Positions 27,026 through 40,588 of a DNA stretch of 64,000 nucleotides are shown here, in pieces. The translations under genes were made by a program, and so were the position numbers. The stretch comes from Octopus vulgaris (Eukaryota), in NCBI GenBank assembly GCA_951406725.2, contig OX597822.1:51522001-51586000 (forward strand). The letters are read 5' to 3'. Below the pieces are notes generated by a model. That model made no database searches and was not told where the DNA came from. It saw only the letters and a program-made list of their open reading frames with translations. Within the stretch, counting starts at the first letter, position 1, and the number at the start of each line of letters is the position of its first letter.

Positions 27026-27960
27026 TTTTTGTGCAAGGCTCTCACATTCACTTACCAAGTGGGTTACATTTTCCATACGCTTTCCATAGAATCTGAATTT
27101 CTGGGTCCCAAAAGTTTTATAGATGTTATAAATCTCTGAAATGAAGCGAGAGCCTGGTCTTGTGCAGCAACGATCAGGCTTTCGGTGGTATGCTTCAGAT
27201 CACCTCGCTCAAGCCATGCCCACGATGTTGTATTATTCTTAACGTCTTCTGTATTACTTTCAAACTCTCCATTTCAAGAAGGTCTTCTTTTCACATCTCC
27301 TCAGCTCTTTGGTTAACTCTGCCTTGTCTATCATTACTTCTGCATTTACACACATATCTTATACGGCATATTTATGAAATATTCGACAAGCGTTCTCCTT
27401 TCGCACTTTATACAATGGTCTATACGAATTAGTGCTCTGCCACCAATCTTTCTTTTCATATAGAGTCTGTTTACGCTTGCTTTAAGGTGTATCACCCCAT
27501 GCAGCGTCATCAGCTTTCTTGTACTCCTGTACAATGTTGATATTTCCTCCTTAGTCCATTTGTAGATGGACGCATTATATCTGACTGCCGCAACTGCCTA
27601 GATATTGATTGGAGTAACAAAAGTTTTGGCATTCAGGATGGATTTCAAGACCATCTTCACCCTTTTTTGATACGCCTCGGTGATCTTGACTTCCATTTCT
27701 CTGAGTAGAATGTCATCCAGCTTCAAAATCCCTAAATATCTATACCACTACCATCGAATTCACCCATGATCTCTCCTGATGTTAACCGCAATCCTGTGCA
27801 GGCTGCTTTCTTCCCTCTTTTCTCCCTCAGTCACCTGACTTACGATGATGCTTCTACCATCTGTCAGCAGCTTTGGTTTTATAACGCCGATACATTATCC
27901 AATGTCGATATTAGCAAAATCTGCCATATCTTGATTTGCATTGTACAGGTGTTAAAATTT
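27026..27960 (-). mobile_element. R4-like RT/thumb to CCHC fragment
   Basis: YRYLGILKLD, TRKLMTLHGVIHLKASVNRLYMKRKIGGRAL, ENVTHLVSECESLAQK. Confidence 0.85.
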
Positions 27961-28510
27961 TAGACACAGATATTAGGAGGTCTACTGTTTCAATCCCATT
28001 TTGGCATTATCGGAAAATTGAGTCTACACTATTTTTCATCACTCTGGCGTTAAGCGTCTAAGATAAGGCCTTCAATCTCTGCCTTTAGCCGTGAGCGGTA
28101 TAGCCACTGATGTCTGTGCTTCAGAACCTGCGGAACATTTTATATCAACGGGTCCAATTATGGAAAAGAATTGAAAAAAATTGAAAGTGCATATTCTCTG
28201 AAAATATTCTGAATCTGCAACGCATTCAGTCCTCATGCATTTTGAGGAGATATGTGCATGTGAGCTATTAACATCACGCCCTGGAGAGATGTAAAAGATG
28301 TCAGGGGAATTTCATCATATTTACACAAAACTGATTAAATATTCTTTTTCATTTCCTTTTTGCTTGTTGCCTCGTTCAAATTTTCGATTTGAATTTCTAT
28401 AATTCTGATTTTCTATGTATTACTTTTCCTTTTGAAAAAGGGTAACTGTCGAAATATCGTTCAACCAATGAAACATCGATTGCAATCGCATCGATCGCTT
28501 CGTATTTTTA

Positions 28511-28679
<169 letters not shown>

Positions 28680-29899
28680 ATAGTTTATATCCTATCGAAA
28701 TCTATTAACTTTGCATAAAGGATGGAATACGCTTGCGTTTTAGACAGAAATATTGTGAACGATATTCGTAACTTATTTGTTCTGTTCCAATCATATTGAA
28801 ACCCTATTTTTGATATTATCTCTATTTTTGTATCTCCATAATTGCTACTTGTTTTCTATTCATATGAACTGGGCCTAGATACTGGACTATTCTGACTCTC
28901 TTCATTCTCTTGAAAATAGTTAGTTACGAGATTTTGCTAAAAGACCATCCAAGAGATATTTTACCTATAACAGATACTCTTCACTAGATTTTTTATGTAA
29001 ATAATCAATGAGATTGGCCAGGAGGTGAGGATTCTTTTTTATAGGGTACTATATATGCAATACTTGAACATTTCTTGCAATTGTTTTATCAGTTCTATGT
29101 GGTACACCCGAAGTTTATTAAATTGATTTCTTGTATGTTGCAATTGTTGTTCTTGGTCAGATACAAATCAGCTCTAATATAATGAAATGTGTAATCAAAA
29201 ACATGACATCTTTTTCTCTTTCACATGGACGAGTGGAGCACTTGAAGGGTATTTAGTAGAAATAAGTAATAGGGCTAATTATCATGTAGAGCTTAGATCG
29301 CTGGCATCTGATCATTAAAACCTGAAACTTAGTATCACCCAACGATCAGTAAACTGTTCTATTCGATGAAAGAACATAAATTTCTTACACCAGTTTTAGA
29401 ACACATCTTAAAAATAAAATCCTAAATATATGCTCACACTTCAAACACAATCAAGCACTTTTAAAAACACGTCAGATAATTAAGATAATCAAGGTAATTA
29501 GAGTTATTGGCATTTCCCAATCTAATTAGACTAATATACATGTAATTTTTATTTTTAAGCATTTGCCGCTCGATTTAGTTACTTGCATGTTTTTAATGAA
29601 TAAACACTGAAATAGCAAGAATTACAGAGAAACGTGAAGTTAAAATTAGAACTTAGACACAACCATTATAGGAATACTAGCTAGCTTCAACTTTAGAGTG
29701 TAGAACTGAAACATGTGCGGGAAAGATGATAGAGAGTAAAGGCTGGGAAATAAGGAGAAGACGACAGGATATTGTAACCATGAACATCCGCGTAAAAATA
29801 CTTCAAACCTAGATATGATACTTTGAAATACAAACAAATGCATAAATTGTATAAATATAAAAATTACCTGAAATAGAGGAGAATACAATGTGCGAACAA

Positions 29900-30120
29900 A
29901 AAACTGAAAATGTCCATTAAATGACGGATGTCATGGAAATAATAAATATACAAAACAGGTAGAGAGTTAACCAAAACATTAGGACTTAGAAATATGTACA
30001 TCGTAGAGAAAATAGCAGTTCTAGATATTGCTTATATATAACCTTGAATGTGGTCAATAAAGTGCACAATGCAACACGGAATCAAAATATTACACATACC
30101 GAAGCGTAACAGAGCTAAAG
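29900..30120 (+). mobile_element. very decayed R4/Dong-like 3' end
   Basis: TLGLRNMYIVEKIAVLDIAY resembles TPGLTSIYSIQKIALLGTTHIL of the 8410 copy; followed by trinucleotide array. Confidence 0.5.
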
Positions 30121-30137
30121 TTACCACGTCGACAATG

Positions 30138-30206
30138 CTGACGATGATGATGGTGATGATGATGATGATGATGATGATGACGACGACGACGACGACGACG
30201 ACCATG

Positions 30207-30239
<33 letters not shown>

Positions 30240-30252
30240 TATAATAATAATA

Positions 30253-30316
<64 letters not shown>

Positions 30317-30317
30317 C

Positions 30318-30374
<57 letters not shown>

Positions 30375-30378
30375 AATG

Positions 30379-30454
<76 letters not shown>

Positions 30455-30477
30455 TAATAATAATAATAATAATAATA
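30138..30477. repeat. compound trinucleotide array (GAT)(GAC)(AAC)(AAT)(GAT)(AAT)
   Basis: seen directly. Confidence 0.97.
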
Positions 30478-30479
30478 GC

Positions 30480-30765
30480 ACATTAGTGGCTGAGAGGCTC
30501 AGGACTGAAAGTAGAGACTGGAGGGTTCATATTGTTGGCACAATATCAAAGCTTGCTTACCAGAAACTACCAGGCTAACGTTCTTCAAAACGGTTCTGAT
30601 CCTAAATGCAGATTCTGCGATGAATTTGATGAAATAATACATCTCTGCTGACATCGAACGAATACAAACGTCGCAACGATTGGACAGGACAGTATTTACA
30701 TTTGAAAACACGTAAACACTAAAAGTCAGCACTGCTTACTGGTATGGGCATCATCCTGAGCTAGT
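30480..30765 (+). mobile_element. R4-like LINE fragment (pre-CCHC/CCHC region)
   Basis: WLRGSGLKVETGGFILLAQYQSLLTRNY..DPKCRFC..EYKRRND. Confidence 0.85.
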
Positions 30766-30789
30766 CGGTGAAGGTAAGAATGTCACTTT

Positions 30790-32230
30790 CCTCTGGGATT
30801 TTCCAGTCAACACTGACAGGTTAATCCACCAGACATAGTCATTAAAGACAGATGGAATTTTTTTCATGATAAAGCTAATTAATTCTCCAACGTCGACTGA
30901 AATATCGAATATTCTCAAACATTCACTTATCCATGAGAGTGGGATCATGCCATAGGCTTTCTTATAAAATATCCATGCTATTGTTAAACTTTTCTTTCTA
31001 AATTTTACTTCACAGTCTGCTTTTGCCTTTCTTCTAACCTGTTGTATCAAATCCATGTTCTGATTACTATCACATTCTTGAGTTCCACATTCATTATCCT
31101 ATTCAGTTACCCCATTACTTTCCGTGCCTTTTCCAACTTCATTCGTATACTCTTCCTCCAGTTTGGTTCTTTCTTTTCTTTTTCTTTCTTTTCTTTAATA
31201 TTCTTCCGCTTGTATCCTATTATCTCACAAAAAGCGTTAGCAGCAGCGATGGTTAGCTGGTTTGTGTCGCTAATGTTCTTTGTGTTAACCAAGTTCAAAA
31301 TGCCATTTACATTGCCTGCAGCTCTCCTTAATTTTTCTCTGTCTATATACCTTATACTTTGCGACATTTCCTTGTTCACACCACACATCACACCTTGCAA
31401 CATTTCTAGAATCTCCTTCTCTCTATCATCGAAGCCTTAGGCAATATTAATTATCAGTTGGCCAGCTAAATTACCTTCACTATTTAAACCATTAATATTC
31501 TCAGGCACATAGGGATTTCCTCGTTTTTCACTTTCTTCGTCTCTTAACCCATCATTATTATTTTCTGCTACTGTTTTTCCAAATAATTTCTGTTCCTCTT
31601 TTATTCTTCTCTGAATTCTTTGAGCTTCTAATCTTGTAATCCCATCATTTATACGAATTGCCCTTGCATGGTCCATCAATATTTTTGCAGAAGCTTCAAA
31701 GACTCCATTTTTAATCCATATTCTTTTCGTTCGTTTCAAGAAACCCCTTTTACGTGCTTCACTTCTCAGCCAACATTGAATACCAATCCTATTTTCTGCT
31801 TCTTCCCATTTCATTTTTCGCCCTCTTCACTTTTAATTTCGATTTTGGTGGTGATCAATGGCTTCATGACGACCTGCCGGAGCTTGTTTAGATGCACTTT
31901 GCTCGCCGTACACGACACCTTCCCTGTTAACAGTTCCGTTCTGGTTAACTTAGTTATGATTATTACTTGAATTTGACATCTCTCATTCTGAGGTGGCAAC
32001 AAGTTGTGCAATCACCAGTATTTTCCTTGTGACACCCTCACTAGGTAAGTTGCTAACCAAAACTCAGAGCCAACACATACTCTCATATACGCTGTTGGGT
32101 GGCCGTTGACTCCCATGAGTTCATCCGTCAAAGGACGAATCATGTTGTCCTGCAGGATGTCTAACAACCAACTTCCTCACCAACCACACTTGGTATGTTT
32201 TCCAATATAGTCTCCGACGACCTGATCATT
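30790..32230 (-). mobile_element. 5' part of an R4/Dong-like LINE (5' UTR, N-terminal domain, start of RT), internally deleted
   Basis: KWEEAEN..QCWLRS..RKRGF.KR...IW...G.F......DHARAIR (R4 N-terminal domain), KEPNWRKSI, AWIFYKKAYGMIPLSWISECL (WIDYKKAYD.VPHSW). Confidence 0.85.
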
Positions 32231-32886
32231 AGTATGTTTATTTTAAGCCTAATTACAATATATGCTAACACCGGAAGTTCGCTAGACATTCCCTCCAAAC
32301 CAATGCAATAAGACGAGTAAAAAATATACAACTGAAGTCACCACCGTGACATTTCTCACCATCGATGCTGAGTCTAAAAAATTATCTGAATATTTTATAC
32401 CAGCTCTAGTTAGAATAATTATTATTTTTACTACCACTACCAATATCACTAGCATAGCCACTATCAATTTCACCATTAGTATCACTATCACTACTGTGGC
32501 AATCTATATCAAGATATATGGTATAAGTAGAGAGGAAGAGTTTGTGTAGGAACATCGCTGAAAAGCAAGTAAATTTTCAACGTTGCAGATATTAGTAAAA
32601 CGATGGAGATCTAAACTGAAATTTATAGAGAAAAGAAAAACAAATTTTAAAAAGCGTATGTTATCATATACATGTAAAAAAAGTAAACAAAATGATTTTA
32701 TCAAGCCATTAAATTCCTGCTTGCGATTCCATTAGTACAAACTACATTCATAGCGCCAGCCAAAAGAGAAAAACGGTATATGAATATTTAAAAACCTAGT
32801 ACTATTCTCAAGTGAGGCAGGGAGATCCAACAAGACTGACAATGTTGATGAGAAAAGAAAATTGTATTATTACTATTATTATTATT

Positions 32887-33416
32887 GAGTCAGAGAGCAG
32901 TGCATGACAGCAAAGTTGCACTGGGGTAAAATATACGGATCCCGAGATACCCTTCATGGCTACCCGTCTGATGAGGGTGCACCAGGAACATGCATCACAA
33001 CTATATCTGCGCGACATTGTGATCTTATATCACGATAAACAGCGCATAACCTTTCAGGTGAGGACCATTTAGAATTTTCTTCGTGTGGTCGAGTAGCCCA
33101 TCCCACTCATCATAATGAATGAACCACCCATGTTTCCAGAGGCGAATTATTTAAACCCCAAAGAATTTTTTTCAACACATGGCTATGATGCTCCCCTACT
33201 ACTTTTGCTCATGATCAGAGATGCACATATCGCCAGCCACTAAGTGACATGCTCAACTGCTTAAGGTCAAACAACTGACAAGCAAATCTGTGTTATTGAC
33301 CAGAATATTTGCTGTAGCCCATCTTTTACACTATGACAAAACACGTACATGATGACACTTCCAATCATTTAAGATAAGAAGCAATGAGAGCCACTGCTTA
33401 GTACTGCATCAGGGCA
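32887..33416. mobile_element. non-coding (TAA)n-associated interspersed element, copy 2 (apparently full length, ~530 bp)
   Basis: begins GAGTCAGAGAGCAGTGCATG after (ATT)n and ends GTACTGCATCAGGGCA before (TTA)n. Confidence 0.88.
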
Positions 33417-33439
33417 TTTATTATTATTATTATTATTAT

Positions 33440-33504
<65 letters not shown>

Positions 33505-33506
33505 CT

Positions 33507-33702
33507 GCGAGCTAGCAGAATCGTTAGCACGCCGGACAAAATGCTTAGCAACATTTTGTCCGTCGCTACGTTCTGATTTCAAATTCCGCAGAGTTTGAGT
33601 TTGGCTTTCATCCTTTCCGGGTGGGTAACTGAATTCAGTGGTGTCGATATAATCGACTAGTCCCCTTCTCAAAATTTCGGGCCTTGAGCCTTTAGTAGAA
33701 AG
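33507..33702 (+). mobile_element. SINE family B, diverged
   Basis: GCGAGCTAGCAGAATCGTTAGCACGCCGGACAAAATGCTTAGC..GCTTTCATCCTTTCCGGG. Confidence 0.85.
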
Positions 33703-33707
33703 TTGCA

Positions 33708-34012
<305 letters not shown>

Positions 34013-34104
34013 ATTATTATTATTATTGTTAAAGTTTTTGTTGATGTTGTTGCTCTTGCTGGTATTGTTGTTATTATTATTATTATCATTATCATTATTT
34101 TCTT

Positions 34105-34840
<736 letters not shown>

Positions 34841-34844
34841 CATT

Positions 34845-35560
34845 CAGTAGTCTTTTTTTTATCACGTGCTTTCACTGCACTACCCAGCGCAGCTCTGTGA
34901 GCCTTGGGCATGTGATGTGGTTTGCTGTGATGCTCTTATGGTTACCGTATTGTAAGTGTTTTACGTAGGATTTTTGTTGATGCCTAGTAATGCTATTTTC
35001 TGTATGTTATATATAATTGTTAGTCCTGAATGTTTTTTATCATACCTAATGCGCCTGCTATGATAGAAACCTTTTTCTATTTTTAGATTCCACATTCAAG
35101 TTACCTCTATTTCCAGGCCTTTCTGTTTTAAAAGTTTCTCTATCTCTTTTAGAGAAACATTGTCATTTTTTGGTATTTGTACATCCATTAGAAAGCATTG
35201 TTTTTCTTGGTGATTTCTGACATCTATATCCGTCCTATTGGCCTTAATTTCTCTATCTGCGTGTATTGCATATCACATAGTATGGCTGCTTATTTTCTGT
35301 GACTTTTTCTGGCGTGTGTGCTTATACCATCTCCTTTTTGTTGTTATTCCATGGTGTTGGAATACATTTCAGTGTATATATATTCCAACTATGTCGTGTC
35401 TGTGAACGTATTCCTTCTCTGCCAGGACTGGGCAGCTAGAAATAACATTACATGTTTTGGGTAATTTCTGATGGCGAGGCTTTGGTCTTGTGCTGCAATT
35501 AGAAATCCTTTAGATTCTGCTTTGAGTCCTGAGTTTCTCGGCCATTGTTGAGATTTTTCT
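34845..35560 (-). mobile_element. R4/Dong-like LINE 3' portion
   Basis: same 3' UTR as the 8410 and 56307 copies (CACGTGCTTTCACTGCACTAC..GCAGCTCT); IKANRTDI, CFLMDVQIP, SSCPVLAEKEYVHRHD; trinucleotide arrays on both sides. Confidence 0.9.
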
Positions 35561-35629
35561 TTGTCTATTTCATTTATTTTGTTTTGTCTATTTTTCTTTG
35601 CTTTGTCGATTTCTTAATTTCTCTTTGTC

Positions 35630-35673
35630 TATTGTTGTTGTTGTTATTATTATTATTATTGTTATTATTATTA

Positions 35674-35761
<88 letters not shown>

Positions 35762-35770
35762 TATTGTTGA
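35630..35770. repeat. (TTG)n(TTA)n microsatellite
   Basis: seen directly. Confidence 0.95.
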
Positions 35771-35884
35771 TGTTATTTACTTTTAATCTGCATCTTTGTT
35801 GCAATCGCTTGCCAGGACACTTCCAGCGTCTTAGGACATGTGAAAGATAAGAGATGTTACATATATTTGTACATTATTATTATT

Positions 35885-36355
35885 CAATGAGAGAGCAGCA
35901 CATACAATGAAAGTGACGCTGTGGTACAAATATACGAAACCCAATAAACACATTATGACTACTTGTCGGATATGTGTACATCAGGTATATGCATTACAAC
36001 CAAATGTGCGCGGCATGATGATCTCAAACCAAGATAAACAGTGCATGCTATTGCAGGTGGGACCCAGTTAGAATATGTTTCTGGTCGAGTAATCAATCCC
36101 GCTCAAACCTCTGAGTAAGGTTTTTTTTTAATGATGAATGAAACACCCGAGGTGAATAATCTAAATTCCAAGGAATACCTCTGAACACATGGCTATGATG
36201 CTCTCTCACTACCCCTGCTCGTGATCAGAGATGAACATAAGCCACTAAGAGACATACTCAAGTTGTTAAGGTCAAGCAACTGACAAGTAAATGTGTGGCA
36301 TTGAGCAGAATATTTTCTGTAAGCCAACTTATATATCAAGACAAAACATGTACAT
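35885..36355. mobile_element. non-coding (TAA)n-associated element, copy 4
   Basis: colinear with 32887-33350; starts after ATTATTATTATT. Confidence 0.82.
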
Positions 36356-36378
36356 TCAAGCACACCTTATTACTATTT

Positions 36379-36584
36379 GGCGAGCCACCAGAACTGGTAG
36401 CACACCGAGAGAAGTGCATAGCGGTATTTCGTCTGTGGCTACGTTCTGATTTCAAATTCAGCCGAGGTCGACTTTGCTTTTCATCATTTCGGGCTCAATT
36501 AAATAAATAACAGAAAACTGATGGGGTCGATGTAATCGACTAGTCCCCTCCCCAAATTTCAGGCCTTCTCCCCATAGTAGAAAT
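36379..36584 (+). mobile_element. SINE family B, diverged
   Basis: AGCGGTATTTCGTCTG..CCGAGGTCGACTTTGCTTTTCATC..GGGGTCGATGTAATCGACT. Confidence 0.85.
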
Positions 36585-38280
36585 GATTATTATTAGTAGT
36601 AGTAGTAGTAATTGTAGTGGTGGTTTTGGTGTTGATGATGATGGTGGTGGTGGTGGTGGAGGCAGAGTTGTTGGTGTTGATGCCATTGCCATTGCTAATG
36701 TTTTATTATCTTGATTTTGTATTGGTACAAAAATGAGTGGGACCTCCTCGTTCGATCTGATTGCAGTTTTACACATTCACATTCACATGGTAACGCCTAA
36801 TAAACACTTGAAAAATTAACAATAAATCAAACGCAAACCGCAGTTCGTTTTCCTGAAATTTGTTTTTTCAATTGCAACATCTCATATGAATCACAAATTA
36901 ATTTTAGAAAAATTAATTATTTTTGGAGCAAAATTCAATTACTTGAGTAAACAGAAAAAATTAATCTAGTTCACAGTGTTTCAAATTCAAATTTCATGTA
37001 CAAAATGAATCGCATCGTAAAGATGGCAAAACATCGATGCCTTTTATCTCGTTGTCAACTGCTCCAACGTGCATGTATATAGAAATTCTATACTGTTTTC
37101 TTCCCGTATTAAATAGCTGCCGTGTTTTGAAACAATTAAAACACTTGTATTTTATGTAAAAAAATGTCTGAAAATATGACTAAATGTGTTTGTATATTCT
37201 ATTTTAAATGTATTTTAATGCGAAAGTAATTTGGTTGTTATGCATATTATTTCAGGTTTTAGAGAAGTTTTTAAATTATTTCGTTTTCCGAAAACAAAAG
37301 TTTCAGAAGAAAACAAGGTTTGCCGCACGCGTACATAAATGGACAAGCACGTGCACACATGCACATATGTACATATACACATATACGCACACACTCCGCT
37401 CATAAGGTCATTAAACATAAAATATCGAATCCTGATGAACCACACATACGCCGCACATTCAGTCACTCATTCACACTCACTCACACACTCACTTACACAA
37501 TCACACACAGAGACATATTTTAGAGGCAACGTGACAGAACCAGGTTAACAAAGGTAAATCACTGCTCAGGTCGCTAATGGAGATGAAAGGACTCTTAGAA
37601 AATATTTGAGTGACTGGTCAATCGATAACTCAAGAAACGGATTGTTTGATAACTAGTTGATTTTAATGACAAGATCACTTGAAATAGAAACGGTGAGTGG
37701 TTTTCTTATCGGCAAATTGAAATTTTGCAAAATACAACAAAATCATTTCCTTGCTATCTGTCGTAATCACTTATACAAAACAAGACTAATCGTTTCTCAT
37801 CTGGCAAGTTCAAACATAGTAATTCAGGAAATCTTTATTGTATAATCGTTTACAGTACACATGAACTATGGTGGTATGTTAATATGGCAACTCTCTCTTT
37901 TAGACATAACAACCAAATGGCGCTCAAATATTATGCTACCTTCATATTAAGATAAGCATTTTGGAAACATATGGTCTTCGATACTTTGGAACTAAAAAGA
38001 AAGTTGGAATGATTGCAAGCGTATTACATTTAACGTCGCATCTTTATCGTCATAGCTTTTTTAGCACAAGAAAAACTATTTTAGAATCGTGAATCTGATG
38101 CATATATTTTTGGTATGCAAATTGTCAATTCCATTCGTGCACCAGGGAAAAGTATCAGCTAACAAAATTGGGATAAATCTCATCCTACAAAAAATAATGT
38201 ACATATTTCATCCGCTTAGATTTTGCGACTACAAAATTTGTTTTTGAATCGATTTTCTTAGAATTACATTTATAAAAAAA

Positions 38281-38390
38281 CTACGGTCATATCACACTGA
38301 AAGCTCACGTTATCGTCTGATCACCGAAGTTAAGCGACCACTTAATATTTAGATGGGGGACCGGTTGGGAAAACTCGGTGCGGTAAGTTT
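38281..38390 (+). pseudogene. 5S rRNA-derived sequence (pseudogene or SINE3-type head)
   Basis: CTACGGTCATATCAC..TGAAA..TCGTCTGATCACCGAAGTTAAGC..GATGGGGGACCG..TGGGAA..CGGTGC.GTA is colinear with metazoan 5S rRNA, with a short internal deletion after box A. Confidence 0.9.
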
Positions 38391-38394
38391 ATCT

Positions 38395-38457
38395 CCTAAG
38401 GTGGAGCTTCAGCATGGCCGAAATCAGATGAATGAAACAATTAAGGGAGTAAAAGAG
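38395..38457 (+). mobile_element. SINE family A-type 3' tail fused behind the 5S sequence
   Basis: AAGGTGGAGCTTCAGCATGGCCGAAATCAGATGAATGAAACAATTAAGGGAGTAAAAGAG aligns with 49020-49089. Confidence 0.8.
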
Positions 38458-40219
38458 GAAACTACTTACATATTTACACACATGACTGCATAAGGTTTAT
38501 AAGTCTATAAATTAAACCTACGCATTTATGAAGAGTTCATTAATTGGAAAACAGTGTCTACAACTAAAAGGTAAATGTTAAACGCTAGCTTAAAAGCCGC
38601 ACACCGTGCGGGGTTTTAGGGTAGCTCTTGGGAAGAGATAATTGGGCCTGCGGCCCAAAACTAACGAGAGCTAAATAGCATGTCTATAATACGTCTATAA
38701 TGGCTATATGCGCCAGTGGTGTTTGATTAGAGGTTAAGGGCGGATGAAAATTAATTCTGTGATGTAATCATTGTGGTTTCGCAGTCCCAAGCTGAATTCC
38801 AACTGTTAGCCAATTTGACCCAAAGTTCTTATTTTGATGTAAAATTAACGACTAGAATGTCATTTATTTACCACTTGATCTGTGACGTCGTCTGACAAAG
38901 GCCAACCAAAATGGCGTGAATCAGCGAAGCTATATCTGCTAGAATTAGCAACCCAAATGCTTTTTATATTAGATCCCAAATGAATTGTATTTTCAATCTC
39001 GTAATCATCCTGATTCCCGAAATTTTATGTCTATGTACAGAAAATATAAACTGAAATACAGGGGTCCCAGAGGGTCATAAATAATTTCCCTTTTATTATA
39101 ATGGATACAGAGAGACTACACTGATTAAGTGTGATACAGAAATTATATGAATGTATGGTCACGTATTTACATCGGTATCTTTTAAGTAGATTTTGTTTAT
39201 GAAGAACTTTTATTTATCATATTTGCAAACACCTTTAAATACTTAACACTAGTGTTGTTATCAACTACTTATAAGAGTAATGAGTAATCAGCTGACTACT
39301 CGGAATATTAAGTAATTAACTCAATTGCCAGTGATTCATATTCTGTAACCAGTAGTACAATGGCTGCATGGTCTGCTTATGTCTTAAAGGGATATCTTAG
39401 ACTTGCAGAGAATAGGTTCGATAAATAAACTTTTTTATCGCTTTCAAAAATTAGCAACGTGACTCTCTTTAGTTCAAGATTTTTTAAGGCCAAGTAGAAA
39501 TGGATCACATTCATTCCAAATGTAGTATCTTAAAATTCATGTCAGATTAAATTCTTTGCGAAGATCAAATTTCTTCCTATTTATTTCGCTTATAGCTGAT
39601 GGATGTAATACATTCTGACCTAGTTTAAGACCTAATATTCATGATTCGAAATTCAAACTAGTAGGTCATTCTGCGTTTAATATCATGACCGATTTTATAG
39701 CCAAATCAAGTTTCTATCAATTCCTATCCTATTCTTTGCAGTCAACACTTTTCATCACCTACTCAAACGTAAAACTCTCTGAACAATTATACTTCAGTTC
39801 GCATCAAACTTTATTGGCAGCAACAACTTGAATAAAGCTGATTGGACACGTTTCAACCAGATGAACAGACTGGACGCAAATGAAAACGACATTGTGAGGT
39901 ACCAAGTTAGCAAAAGCATATGTCAGACAGAGACTTAAATTAAATATGCTGTATAAATTACAGTGAGAATAAACCCTGTGTAGATGGATTATTTTCCTTA
40001 TTTATTTGAATGGTTTATGTATATAAAAGATTAGCAGCGGCATCTTGTAAGTCCAAGCCACTCCAGACTCATAACCAGTCCCTGGATGCTGGCTTTGCTG
40101 GGTGGAGGTACTTAACACCCATGTTCGAAAACTTTTAAGGACACAGAAAGCTTGTGTCGCGTAGCCAACTAGGAACGGTGTTTCTTGGGGCTAAATAACA
40201 GTAACATTCTTCTCTTTCC

Positions 40220-40354
40220 TGGGAGCAATATATACTCATAAACATATATATACAGATATGTATACAGAAGTGGTGGTACATGTGTACATACTTGTATGCG
40301 TATGCATAAACACACATACACCGCACACACACGCGTACACGCACATACATACAT

Positions 40355-40405
<51 letters not shown>

Positions 40406-40588
40406 CATACAGAACTATACATATATAATATATATATATGTATGTATGTATGTATGCATGTATGCGCGTGTGCGTGTGCATATACAGTGTATGTGTGTTT
40501 AAGCATAAGCATGCAATTATGTACACATGTACCACCACTTATGTATACATATCTATGTATTTATGTTTATGGGTATATATTGCTCCCA
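40220..40588. repeat. ~370-bp imperfect palindrome centred on a (TA)n/(TACA)n tract
   Basis: TGGGAGCAATATATACTCATAAACATA..AAGTGGTGGTACATGTGTACATA is the reverse complement of TATGTACACATGTACCACCACTT..TATGTTTATGGGTATATATTGCTCCCA. Confidence 0.92.

Noticed and set aside
38281-38390. Functional 5S rRNA gene
   Set aside because: Internal deletion in the control region, many substitutions, solitary, and fused to a SINE tail.
38781-38795. GTCCCAAGC resembling the twister ribozyme loop
   Set aside because: Flanking P4/P2/P1 stems and pseudoknot partners could not be built.
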